64,000 bases of DNA from assembly GCA_951406725.2 (NCBI GenBank), contig OX597821.1:75206001-75270000 (forward strand). Direction: 5' to 3'. Positions 27,321 to 39,923 of this stretch are shown piece by piece; the stretch's first letter is position 1, and each line of letters starts with the position of its first letter. A program made the translations under genes and the position numbers. The notes beneath the pieces are model-generated. The model was not told where the DNA came from. It saw only the letters and a program-made list of their open reading frames with translations, and made no database searches. Source of the DNA: Octopus vulgaris (Eukaryota).

Positions 27321-27970
27321 AAACGTCCCTGCTCCTCATCCACGACAGCCCCGTCACTATTCCCCTGTTCCTCCTGTCTACTCTTCTCTCTGCATTTCAA
27401 CTCCAACCACTTTGTTTTCAACTCTGACCATCCTTTGTAGCCTAGGGTCTCTGAGAGTCTCATTAATCCGAGTATTTCTACTCCAGTTAAGTACTCCTTC
27501 CCACTAATCACTCTCGCTTCGTTCATTAGTTTATTTTCTGACATTGGACACATGTCCTTTTTCATCTAAACTTTCAAACTACGTCGGCCTACTCCACGAT
27601 TTCTTTCCAGCTTCGATCTTTCATGACATTCAATAAGTGTATCATACTCTGCCTTCGTCCACTTATGTCTGTTTTTGCGCACACCGCGTTTGTGATCTGT
27701 TGTGACACAACGACCGTCCGGGCGGTTTCGGATGTGCCGGGCGGGAAACCGTCACCGTGATCGGCTATAACTTCATTCTTGCCGTTAATTCTTTCATTGT
27801 GTTGCATCATGATTTCCATAGTCGTTCGCGGGGTTTGCACGAGAGTTATAATTGAGATCCCATCTCTTTTCCTCTCTTTATTTGTATATACACGTGCACA
27901 TGTATGTACATTCATACATATAAATGTATGTATGTATGTATGTATGTATGTATGTATGTATGTATGTATG

Positions 27971-28023
<53 letters not shown>

Positions 28024-28274
28024 CGTGCTTGCATTGAGACTCCTCTATAACCACAGTGATTATCATTATCACCGTATCGTTCTGCCTGTGGCATTTAAAA
28101 TATCAATAATAATATGGGACCGGGTATATTGCAGCAGATATTTGTTACTGCATATCAGATACACGGCAAAGCGTTCTCCTTCCATTCCTTATACAATGGT
28201 CTATACTAATTAGTCCTCTGCCACCATTCTTTCTTTTCATATACAGTGTGTTTACGTTTGCAGTTAACGTTTGA

Positions 28275-28735
28275 AGAAAGGTAACGATACTCTGGCACTT
28301 TGATTTTCAGATGGATCGTGTAATCGAACACCGTCGGCTGGATATTGTCATCTTGAATAAGAGAAACAAATTATGTCAGATCATTCATGTAGCCATACCA
28401 AATGACATGAATGGTGTGAGTAAAGAGGTTAGAAAAATCACCAAGTACTTCGAACTGAAAGTGGAAATGGCAAGACTCTATGGAATGCGAGAAGGTAATG
28501 TAAAAATGATATTTGTGGTGATTGGAGAGTTGGGCTCAATCCCATTGAAATTTCAAGAATTCTTAAGACAACTGGAAATCCCATGCAAGATTGATGATTT
28601 GCAAAAAGCAGCCTTATTGGACACAGTGCTCAACTTAAGGAAAGTACTACCTGTCTGATGTCATTGTTGTGAGTTTGCAGATGATCAAAGACTTCGGTGC
28701 ATTTTTACCTACAGTGTTACGAAGGAATATTAACA
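28275..28735 (+). mobile_element. R4/Dong-like family 3 RLE end followed by (AAC/AAT)n
   Basis: DRVIEHRRLDIVILNK..CQII.VAIPND..KE..KITKY...VVIG.LGSIP...LQKAALL.T...LRKVL (ORF 28311-28658). Confidence 0.85.
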
Positions 28736-28764
28736 ACTACAGCAACAACAATAATAATGATAAA

Positions 28765-28856
<92 letters not shown>

Positions 28857-28871
28857 TGATGATGATGATGT

Positions 28872-28908
<37 letters not shown>

Positions 28909-28927
28909 AATAATAATAATTATAACT

Positions 28928-29574
28928 GATTCCTGCTGGTGAAGGACCAGTTTTACGAACTAACGCATTCAAGTGTAGCGTTGATAAGACAGCAGTATTA
29001 CATTTGTGCTGTCTGTGCGAAAAATCGTATGGGACTATATAATTAGTAGATATTACAAATTGACCCCAAAAGAGTACAAAAAACGCCATGTGAAAGCTGT
29101 GCAAGAAGTATGAACTAAAATGTTACACCAACCTTTGCCAGCAGCAGAGAATGATCAGGTGAAACTCACGTAGAAGATGCCAATCAACAGAGATATGAAG
29201 GCGCAACATAACCGTCCAGATATCAATCTCCTACACAAAAGATTTCAAAGAATGAAACTTCAGAGACGTAGCTATGCTTGCAGATCAGAATATTATAAAG
29301 ACAATGGATGAGAAAGTCGGAGAGTGCCAAGACCTTGCACTGAATGTGACATGCATCAAATGTGAATGTGGTATCTTTTGTGATCAGTAAGTGCACTTGA
29401 GACCATATCAAAGAAAGCAATATTCTAGCATTAAAAGCTGCAAATACCAGACTTTATACGAATTACATAGATGGAAGCGATACTTGGAACAGCGCATGTG
29501 TTGAGAAAAGTGTCGCATCCCTAAGCTGTAGTATGGAGTTGAGACATGATATGAATAACTCAGGTGGAGTTAGG
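28928..29574 (+). mobile_element. Highly decayed RLE retrotransposon 3' end (family 4) with (AAT)n tail
   Basis: WKLCKKY-like and END.VK motifs, HNRPDI and DVAMLADQNI; ends ggtggagttagg(ata)n. Confidence 0.65.
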
Positions 29575-29640
<66 letters not shown>

Positions 29641-29641
<1 letters not shown>

Positions 29642-29989
29642 AGTTGTTTGACCTTAACCAGTTGAGCATGTCCCTTAGTGGCTGACGATATGTGCATCTC
29701 TGATCACGAGCAGAAGTAGTAGGGGAGCATCATAGCCATGTGTTGAGAGGGATTCTTTGGGGTTTGAATAGTTCACCTCTGGAAACATGGGTGGTTCTTT
29801 CAACATCCTTAAACAACCCTTATTCAGGGACCTTTCGAGCGGGATGGGCTACTCAACCTGAAGAAAATTCTAACTGGGCCCCACCTGCAAGGTCATGTGC
29901 TGTTTATCTTGATATGAGATCACCATGTCGCGCACATATGGTTGTGATGCATGTGCCTGGTGTACCTTTATCAGACGGGTAGTCATGAT
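29641..29989 (+). mobile_element. Unclassified non-coding repeat family D, internal fragment
   Basis: Matches 30970-31310 and 43073-43425. Confidence 0.8.
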
Positions 29990-30314
29990 GAATGAAACTT
30001 CAGGGACGTAGCTATGCTTGCAGATCAGAATATTATAAAGACAATGGATGAGAAAGTCGGAGAGTGCCAAGACCTTGCACTGAATGTGACATGCATCAAA
30101 TGTGAATTTGGTATATTTTGTGATCAGTGAGTGCACTTGAGACCATATCAAAGAAAGCAATATTCTAGCATTAAAAGCTGCAAATACCAGACTTTATACG
30201 AATTACATAGATGGAAGCGATACTTGGAACAGCGCATGTGTTGAGAAAAGTGTCGCATCCCTAAGCTGTAGTATGGAGTTGAGACATGATATAAATAACT
30301 CAGGTGGAGTTAGG
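29990..30314 (+). repeat. 325-bp near-identical duplicate of 29250-29574
   Basis: Offset 740 bp with only a few substitutions; both copies end in (AAT)n. Confidence 0.95.
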
Positions 30315-30387
<73 letters not shown>

Positions 30388-30413
30388 TGATGATGATGAT
30401 GATGATGATGATA

Positions 30414-30450
<37 letters not shown>

Positions 30451-30524
30451 GGAGGAGGAGGAGGAGGAAATTAATAATAATAATAATAATAAAAATAAAA
30501 ATAAAAATAATAATAATAATATTA

Positions 30525-31372
30525 AATGCCCTGATGCAGTACCAGAGAGTGGCTGTCATGGTTTCTGATCTTAACTGATTTGAAGTGTTATCATGTACAT
30601 TGTATTGTCTTGGTATAAAAGATGGGCTACAGCTCAATACCATAGATTTGCTTGTCAGTTGCTTGACCATAACTGAAATGTAAATACCAGAATACAGAAC
30701 GGACAATTTCAGACTGACGAGCGTTTATAAGGAGAACAGAATTGTCGTATTGGAAATAAGGCTATTTTTACAGATACGGTAGACAAATAATAATTTTCGC
30801 CAGCAAGTTGAGAATGAGTTAACGAAAACGACATGATGCAGTGTGGTAATGGAAAGCTAGCCAAAATAGTTACATATAATAAAAAAAAATACATACATGA
30901 ACAGCATGTATATATTCGTATAAACAACATAAACGTGCATACACACAGGTCATTGCATTCTCACAACACTAACCAGTTGAGCATGTCCCTTAGTGGCTGA
31001 CGATATGTGCATCTCTGATTATGAACAGAAGTTGCGGGGTAACATCATAGCCATGTGATAAAAATAATTCTTTGGGACTTGAATAATTCACCTCTGAAAA
31101 AACATGGGTGTTTTGTTCATCCTCCTTAAGCGACCATTATCCAGGGATCCTTTGAAAGGGATGGACTATTCGACGTGAAGAAAATTCTAACTGGGCCCCT
31201 CCTGCAAGGTCATGTGCTGTTTATCTTAATATGAGATCACTAAGTCACGCACATATGGTTGTGATGCATATGCCTGGTGTACCCTTACCAGACAGTTAGT
31301 CATGATGGGTATACTGGGTTTCGTATATTCTACCCCGGCGTCACTTTGATGGCATACATTGCTCTCTCACTC
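30525..31372 (+). mobile_element. Family D full copy flanked by (AAT)n, with a 296-bp insertion at 30674-30969
   Basis: Starts aatgccctgatgcagtacc and ends ctctctcactc(aat)n; colinear with 42931-43483. Confidence 0.8.
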
Positions 31373-31410
<38 letters not shown>

Positions 31411-31446
31411 TGATGATGATGATGATGATGATGATAATGATAATAA

Positions 31447-31490
<44 letters not shown>

Positions 31491-31540
31491 ATAGTAGTAG
31501 TAGTAATAGTAGTAGTAGTAATAGCAGTAGTAGTAATAAT

Positions 31541-31779
31541 AAGGTAGTAGTAGTACCAATAATTGTCAGAGCCCTGGGAATAGTGAGCAACATTCTCGAG
31601 AAGTACATGGAAGAAATAGGGGCTGCAAAAAGGGTGGAGCACTTGCTGATAACAGCAATGCTTGGAAACGCTCGAATACTCCGGAAGGTGGTCGAAAAAT
31701 AAGAGGTGTTACCTTAGTTCACTGGTAGTGAACAGCTGACACAGTAGTACATCTCGAGCGTTAGAAGCTGTGTAAAGGC
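31541..31779 (+). mobile_element. R4/Dong-like family 1, 5'-truncated 3' end within (AGT/AAT)n
   Basis: KVVVVPIIVRALGIVSNILEKYMEEIG...LRKVVEK stop, with the same 3' UTR as 25332-25408. Confidence 0.9.
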
Positions 31780-31801
31780 AATAATAATAATAATAATAAT
31801 G

Positions 31802-31933
<132 letters not shown>

Positions 31934-31944
31934 GTAATGATAAT

Positions 31945-32152
31945 GATAATAGTTTCAAATTTAGGCACAAGACCAGCAATTTAGGGCACGGTGGACCTCA
32001 GTGCTCACCTGGTACTTATTTGATCAACCTCGAGGGGATGAAAATTAAAGTCGACCTCGACCGAATGTGAACTAAAAACTTAAAGACAGTTGAAATGTTA
32101 CCAATCATTTTGTCGGCCATTCTAACGATTTTGCCAGCTCTACGCCAGCCTT
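31945..32152 (-). mobile_element. Decayed family-B-related SINE
   Basis: ggtacttatttgatcaacctcgaggggatgaaaattaaagtcgacctcg...ctaacgattttgccagctc. Confidence 0.65.
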
Positions 32153-32698
32153 AATGAAGACAAAATATAGAAGCGAGAATTTGTCGTTAGTTATGCCTTC
32201 TGGGGAGCTGATCACTCGTAATTCTATCATTAATATTTTAGTTTGGCTAAACGAACCGTCTCCTAATCATATAATACATCGGACGGTTTTACTTATGATG
32301 CTTATCAGAATCTTATAATACTGTTGCTACTGTTGTCGCTGTTAATTCTATGGCGAAACGGACGCCTACTTGCCAAAGGTTTGTGGGGATCTGCGCTTGG
32401 TCTACAGTGGAGCATAACTGTGATATATGTTTCGCTTCAGTTGGTTTCATAGTTGAAAGGTTACATTAAATAGAATTAATCATGCATTGCAAATAATTCT
32501 AAGCACTGAAATGTTAGAGAAACTCGTTACATATCTACCTTGAGAGATAAATAATAAGTAACTAGCTGTTGAGTGGAGATATAATACTATACATGTCTGA
32601 CATATATTTGGGGGATAAGATTTCGTTAGGAAAATATATAGAAACACATATATACAAATTCAAGCGTACGATTCCATACTCTTCCGAAGCTTGCCGTG

Positions 32699-32800
<102 letters not shown>

Positions 32801-32944
32801 TCAAGGTGCAGAAATGACGTATTCCGAATGAACAAGATAATGTAATGGTAGGAATAATTCCGCGAATTAGGTACTCCAAAGTCAGTCAGAAGGCGGGGGT
32901 CCGTGTGAGCGTGCGGTAAATAGTAAATCCCACCTCCCAAAAAA

Positions 32945-33290
32945 AAGACGGAGAACAATAACAAAACAACAACGCGAGAACGTGGTATATGCAAAGTATT
33001 AAAAGTCGGTCAGGGAAGGAAAGAAAGGTGGTTTTAGATTTCGAGCAAAGCTCGTCTTCAGAAATAGGAGTCAGAAGAAAGTCCAAGAGAAAAAGAAGAC
33101 GGGGGAAAAATATAACCACGTGTGAATTGTTGGTGATTTTTTCTTCTGTCTTCCTTTGTCTCCTGTTTCTGAAGAAGAGCTTTGCTCGAAACGTAATACC
33201 AATTTATTTACTCCCTTCAGCGTCTGCTAATACTTTGCATGTATAACGTCCTCGTGTTGTATTTTTTTTCTTGTGTTTGTTCTAGTTTTT
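32945..33290. mobile_element. Inverted pair of Penelope-like pLTR segments, each with a hammerhead motif
   Basis: Left arm about 32945-33110 and right arm about 33133-33290 are imperfect reverse complements. Cores at 33031-33065 (-) and 33165-33199 (+). Confidence 0.7.
33165..33199 (+). ncRNA. Minimal type-I hammerhead ribozyme
   Basis: gttt-CTGAAGA-A-GAGC-ttt-GCTC-GAAAC-GTA-atac. Confidence 0.7.
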
Positions 33291-33299
33291 TTGTGTGTG

Positions 33300-33396
33300 A
33301 ATCTGTGAGGGGAATATGTTTAATAAAATCATAATTAATAAATACTCCTGTATTTTCTTTTACACAAAACCAGGATCTTTTCAGCACCCTTTCGTA
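33300..33396 (+). mobile_element. Mariner right-end remnant
   Basis: gaggggaatatgttta...aaaccaggatctttttcagcaccctttcgta resembles a mariner GxYxE stop plus TIR ending in TA. Confidence 0.5.
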
Positions 33397-33428
33397 TATG
33401 TAAGCATACACTTATGTACATGTGTGTC

Positions 33429-33508
<80 letters not shown>

Positions 33509-34541
33509 TTCCTTTAATACATTATGCCTGAAAGTATAATTTTAGCATTGAGTTATACGTTTACGATCATTGAGTTGGTAATTAGAACCTGCTATTCATT
33601 AGACATCTTTGCTCCTTAAATATATATTGTTGGTTTATAAAGAAAATGCATATTTTTATGGGTTTTTTTAGAATATGCATACGCATATGTACATATATAC
33701 AGATATTAATTAAATACTTGAAATCCACCGTCCTTTTCTTTGGTACCAGGAGATGGAATTCAAAGAGTGTGATATTTTCCTACGATGTATGTAGTGCTGT
33801 GCATATATCGTACTAAAAGTTCCGTTGAAACTGTTACCGCCCTCATTCAAATTTCTTCGGATTTTGTTTAAACAATGGCTACACTGGTATTTGAAAAGAA
33901 AAAATAGTTGTTTTCAAGCCATCGTTCTTATATGGTTGTGCACTCTCAACAATCGACTAGGACACACACACACACATTCACGTACACATGCATACACTAT
34001 CATGCACACACATGTCCCCAAACCATGTATGTATACTCACGTACACATAGACACAAAGGATCAAGTATATTCGTGTTATACTTTTGTGTTTACTCCCATA
34101 TATATGTGTGTACATTCAAAGTTCACACAGAAATTTTAATTTAAACGCACCTCATTCAAAAAGGCACAATGTCTGTGTTTGAGATTTGCATAGAAAACGG
34201 GAGGCAATTTCAAGAAATCAAACATCAGTTCCTCAAAAGACAAATAGTGTATGCTGGGGGTGGGGGTCAATGGAGATGTTTCGGTCTATTAAATCTCATC
34301 AGCTTAGTATAGTCTAACCAAGCCTTCCAGTTAAGTAACATATTTTTTTTTGGGGGGGGGGATTAGAAAAGCATTACAAATAAATGTCTGTTACTGTAAT
34401 TTGAATAAATTAAAATAAATTTAGCTCGGGTAAATGTCCAAAACAGTTTAGGTCTTAAGCAGTAGGCAACTATGGACATAAACACAGGAGTTACTGTTTA
34501 AGGCGCGGAACATTGTTTAAAAAAATATTCACAATATATAT

Positions 34542-34957
34542 ATTTCTTTACTGCCCACAAGGGGCTAAACATGGAGGGGATAAACAAGTAGAGACAAAGG
34601 GATTAAGTCGATTACATCAACCCCAGTGCGAATCTGGTACTTTATTTACCAACCCCGAAAGGATGAAAGGCAAAGTCGACCTCGGCGGAATTTGAACTCA
34701 GAACGTAACGGCAGACGAAATACCTATTTCTTTACTACCAACAAGGGGCTAAACACAGAGAGGACAAACAAGGACAGACAAACGGATTAAGTCGATTACA
34801 TCGACCCCAGTGCGTAACTGGTACTTTATTTATCAACCCCGAAAGGATGAAAGGCAAAGTCGACCTCGGCGGAATTTAAACTCAGAACGTAACGGCAGAC
34901 GAAATACCGCTAAGCATTTCGCCCGGCGTGCTAACGTTTCTGCCAGCTCGCCGCCTT
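34542..34957 (-). mobile_element. SINE family B, partial tandem dimer with 17-bp TSD
   Basis: Body repeated (34543-34722 and 34726-34955); direct repeat atattcacaatatatat at 34525-34541 and 34958-34974. Confidence 0.9.
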
Positions 34958-36056
34958 ATATTCACAATATATATTGAGCAACGTGAATTATATTTATAAG
35001 TACTAACGTTCCCAAAGCACACACAGACACACACACACTCACATACACACAAGCACATATACACGCAGGCACACACTCACACACATATATCTGTGTATGT
35101 ATATGTGTGTGTGTGCGTGTGGTAGGCGATTATGCAGATATATGTACGTAAATATTGTGTATGCGTACAATTACATACTTTACTTTTTAACTTCCAGAGA
35201 AACTAATTTAGACGTTTTAGTAAAATATATGTAGAGTTGTAAATAATTTCCAAATAATCATACAAATTGGACAAAAATTATTATACAATATAAATAAAAA
35301 AAAAGTTACAGACAATTTTTTAAAAAATATTTTATTTTATTAACGAAATAATTCCCCGTGGAAAAAAATTGGAAATTGAAAAAAAAAAAAAAAGAAAGAA
35401 TTAAGAAATTAATAAAAACGTAAGAAAAGTGCATATTCTGTATGCTACGACATCATTAAGAAATCAGAATATGTTGTCCACAAAACAGCATTGGTGACCT
35501 AAGTGTGTATTGCTACTGGAGTTATGGGTAAATGTTACACACACTCCCACCCAGCCCTTCTACTCCACCCCATCGACGTACACGCACACCCACACACACA
35601 GATACCCCTTTATTACTCTAAATCCTTATCAAGCATAGACTAGTATTTTTTTTTTATTTCAAATTTCAAATTACATTTTTAATTCCATTACTCTAACCCT
35701 ACTATAATACTCATTCTGTCTACTACATCGTTCACGTCTGTTAATCTATGGAGAAAAGTATTGCATTCATCACCCTCAATCGTCGTCGTCGTCGTCATCA
35801 TCATCATCATCAAGATAATTATAATCGATGTCGCCCTTGTCGCCACTCGCTACTGGCATAAATTTTATTCAAAAAGCCACACCTATCCATATTCTTGAAA
35901 TGTTTTTCGCGTCCTCCTTCGTGTTGCCTTGTAATTTTTTATTCATAATATTTTTCAAAATTTTACTCTTGTTTACAAATAACTTTCGAGTTTTCTTATT
36001 CATGCTATTGTGCGTTAATGTGTAAATGTATGTACATAAATATATATGTATATAGA

Positions 36057-36145
<89 letters not shown>

Positions 36146-36819
36146 GTGTGTGTGTGTATTATTTCATTTTATTTTAGTTTATTCGTTTCATGAATTTTAA
36201 ATAGGAAAAATAAAACGTATATTTGTCTTCTTTTTTTTTTTAGCGTATATTTCGTGCATTATTATACCGCCAGTCAAACCGTACAGACGGTCGAAATAAC
36301 GCCCAAGGTGTTCTTTAGCGTTCAATAGACAGACAAGCAGACAGAACAACTCCTGGGAATCGGATAAGATTTTCAATGGATTTAAAGCGTATCTTCTCTG
36401 GCAAACTTTGCTCGTTCTTCGCTTCTCTTCTCACCTAAAACCTTTCGATAAGTCAAGTTGGTGTTATATTTGGCTGACACAGATTTAACCATCCGCCTCA
36501 CACCTTACATTTATTTCTAAAATTCACAGGGATAATTTTAAAACTGATTTTGTCTCCTCTCACTCTCTCTCTCACGCTTTCACTTTTCTCTCCGTATTTG
36601 CATTTAAAGATGTTTTCTCATCACGTGACTCCTCATTTGCCCAACCTGATAATTCCACCAATCAACTCCATACAAATACTCTCAAATTTTTTTTTTCTGT
36701 TTTGAAAATATTCCTACCTTTTCCTCTCATTCAATTAATATATAAACTTTATTTAATACAATCGTTAAAAAGATTACCCCTTCATTTTTTAATCATTTAT
36801 ACAATGTCGACTTCCCTTA

Positions 36820-37030
36820 CTGGCAGAACCCTTAACACGCTGGGTAAAATGCTTAATTCGCCCGCCTTAATGTTCTGCGTTCAAGTTGCTCCGAGGTCAA
36901 CTTTGCCTCTGATTCTTTCGGGTTTGATGAAATAAGTACCAGTTAATCACTGGGGTCGATATATATTCGACAAACCATTGCCCTCTCAAAAAGGTTCAGC
37001 CCTTGAATCTACTGTAGAAAGGGTTGTTAT
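36820..37030 (+). mobile_element. Decayed family-B-related SINE
   Basis: ctggcagaacc..aacacgctgggtaaaatgctta...gaggtcaactttgcc...aagtaccagttaatcactggggtcgat. Confidence 0.65.
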
Positions 37031-37755
37031 GGCGACAAACTCCTCTTTTGCATCCCTTAAATTACTAATGAACACAAGGAAGGCATACCTTTTCATATGA
37101 TCACAATTCCTATAAACATTTGTAACGAAATGCTTAGATCCAGTCAGTAAAACATCAGGGCAAATGAGAGAGAAATGCTCACCTTAGCATACTCGAATGC
37201 CGAAGCTCGCTACATTTACCATATTTGCAATATTTCTCTGATATTCTACTGCGCAGTTATTTTCTCGGATGTACTTTAATAAAAACAATAGTAAGCAGTT
37301 ATGTAGGAGTAAATCGATAAAATGCCAAACATTAAGTTGATTGGTCTGTGGCTCGTGTTAGATTATCGATATTAGTAGCGTCTCTCAATTGTCAAGTTGC
37401 ACATGGCAAATATGGTATTCAGGAATGACAATGCGATACAAGCGCCATCTTTTATCAGCTGTATAACCTACTGTTCATAGCGGATGATAACCGAAAATAC
37501 GAAGCATTATGTTGGGTTATGAATTTCTTTCTACTCGCAGCGAAGTTGTGCGTATTGAAGGATAAGAGAATGTAACGGTCAAACATTTCTGAAGGCGAGA
37601 AAAATAGAATAGGTTCGAGTAGAACCCAATATGCGTCGTTGTTTTAACTCCCTTATTGCTCGATAGCATTGGGTCAGCATATCTGAAACAGAATAGTTTT
37701 CACAGTATAGTAACCAAGAAGAACCTTACACATACACACGCACACAATATAAATA

Positions 37756-37855
<100 letters not shown>

Positions 37856-37909
37856 GTGTATATATATATACATATATATACATACATACATACATATATA
37901 TATATATAT

Positions 37910-37982
<73 letters not shown>

Positions 37983-38214
37983 GTTATATATATATAAAAT
38001 ACAAAATGGGACAAGAACGCAAAACATCCAGACAGACGATACAAAGAAAACAAGGACGGGTCATTCGGAGTTATGCGCGCGCGCGTGTAGGGAGGCACCA
38101 CGTTACGGGCACACGTGTCTGTGGTGTGCTCAGTCGCCTGCACATCAATTTCACGAGTAGGCTGTTCCGTTGTTCGGTTCAATTGGAACCCTCGTCGTCG
38201 TTACCGACGGAGTA

Positions 38215-38259
<45 letters not shown>

Positions 38260-38587
38260 CATGTTGGTGCAAACAGGAAAAATAGAACTGAAAATATGAA
38301 TATATGGGTATTTTTATTAATATTTAGCAGAAGCAACGGGATGATTCAAGGTCCGAATGTTTCGTGCGTTGGCGCTCATCAAAGAAGCACAGGTCGAAGA
38401 CCTGTGAGTTTATATGGCTGTTGATAGAGAAATATATTACCCTCTGGATTGTTCTTGAATGCATCATATTAATATCACATGGATAATCTATATGTATGTG
38501 TGTGTGTGTCTGTGCGTGCGTGTGTTTGTGTGAGTGTGTGTATAAATGAAGGAAAAGGGTACTCAGCGCATTTCGATAGAGCTGCAT

Positions 38588-38807
38588 GCATTATTCAAAA
38601 CAGTTTGATTTGATTTCCGTGCTACTTCAAGTTTCGTCGGCCCCTAAGAAAGATCGTCACCTCCATGCTTCTGGAATGGACGAATATACTTCCTGAACAT
38701 CTTCTTTCATTCGGCCAGTCTAGAAGCCTGAAGGAGACGAGCTCTGTTAGGATCCTGCGAAACTTGGAGTAGCACAGAAATGGAATCAAATTGATTTAAG
38801 TAACGTA
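38588..38807. mobile_element. Foldback MITE, ~98-bp imperfect inverted arms
   Basis: 38588-38685 pairs with 38709-38807 (ttccgtgctacttcaagtttcg / cgaaacttggagtagcacagaa). Confidence 0.75.
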
Positions 38808-39499
38808 TACACACATACATTATATCTGATCATCAGATATTAGAAGGAATTCATCTTTCTAAAAACATCACAGATCACTCCTTTTATATAAGAGGATAGT
38901 AAAGGAGTTAATAAGCCTTTCCTTGACTAGCATTTCTTTTTATTGATCCGTCAAAGTGTGAATAAATAGTTGACATCAGAAATTAAAGGGACATAATCAT
39001 TGACTTCAAAACAACTAAACTCATTGCTCATCTATTTCTGTTATTCACAACCTTCCAGCTTCCTTTTCATAATATTGATTTTCAAAGTCATCATCCTACT
39101 TTCGCTGATGTTACATTTCATTGCTTCTACTGCAGTATTTCAATGGTTCATAACTTAACTACTCTGGGAAGAAGAAAATTAAAACCGTGGAGGTTAGGAA
39201 TACAAGAAATGATTTATTTTAGACTGCATTTGTTAAAAGTTTTATATTTATTCACTGATTCCCTTTCTGTTTTCGTTACAGTAGCAAAGATGCTGTTGTT
39301 GGTATTGATGTTATTTAATCCCAGGTTAGTCCTGATCGAACAGACGATTAATCATATACATATCAGTCAACATTACTTATCCTTCTTCAAACCCTGTGTG
39401 TCCAGTACAGCATTATTTGATGGTTCTCTTCTTCCTTTTCTCAGGAGACAAAGCATTGTTTCAGGGACAATTAGCTTATGTAATTGTGAAAGATGCGTA

Positions 39500-39750
39500 G
39501 GCGCGTGGCTTAGTGGTTAGGGTGTCAGCATCATGAACGTAAGATTGTGGTTTCGATTCCTGGACCGGGCGACGCTTTGTGTTCTTGAGCAAAACACTTC
39601 ATTTCACGTTGCTCCAGTCCACTCAGCTGGCAAAATGAGTAACGCTGCGATGGATTGGCATCCCGTCCAACTGGGGAACACATACGCCCTTGAAACCGGG
39701 AAACCGGGCCCATGAGCCTGGCTAGGCTTTAAAAGGGCACCTTTATTATT
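39500..39750 (+). mobile_element. tRNA-derived SINE with CORE-like and V-like domains
   Basis: A box tggcttagtggttagg and B box gtttcgattcc; gtgttcttgagcaaaacactt...aaaatgagta; gcgatggattggcatcccgtcca. Decayed TSD tgaaagat on both sides. Confidence 0.85.
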
Positions 39751-39869
39751 TTTTTTATATGAAAGATACATTTGGTACTGATGGACATGATTGGAAGGTC
39801 TTCGATTATAAGACTTGATTAGTGCTAAAAGTCGTAAAAACTGACGATAGGTAACGGTCTGAGAAATGC

Positions 39870-39923
<54 letters not shown>

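Noticed and set aside
27320-27860. Pyrimidine-rich repeat-like block with a GC hairpin near 27715-27755
   Set aside because: No second copy in the window and no ribozyme core or coding motif; cannot be classified.
39500-39570. tRNA gene
   Set aside because: The A/B boxes continue into SINE body and tail with a decayed TSD; no full cloverleaf.
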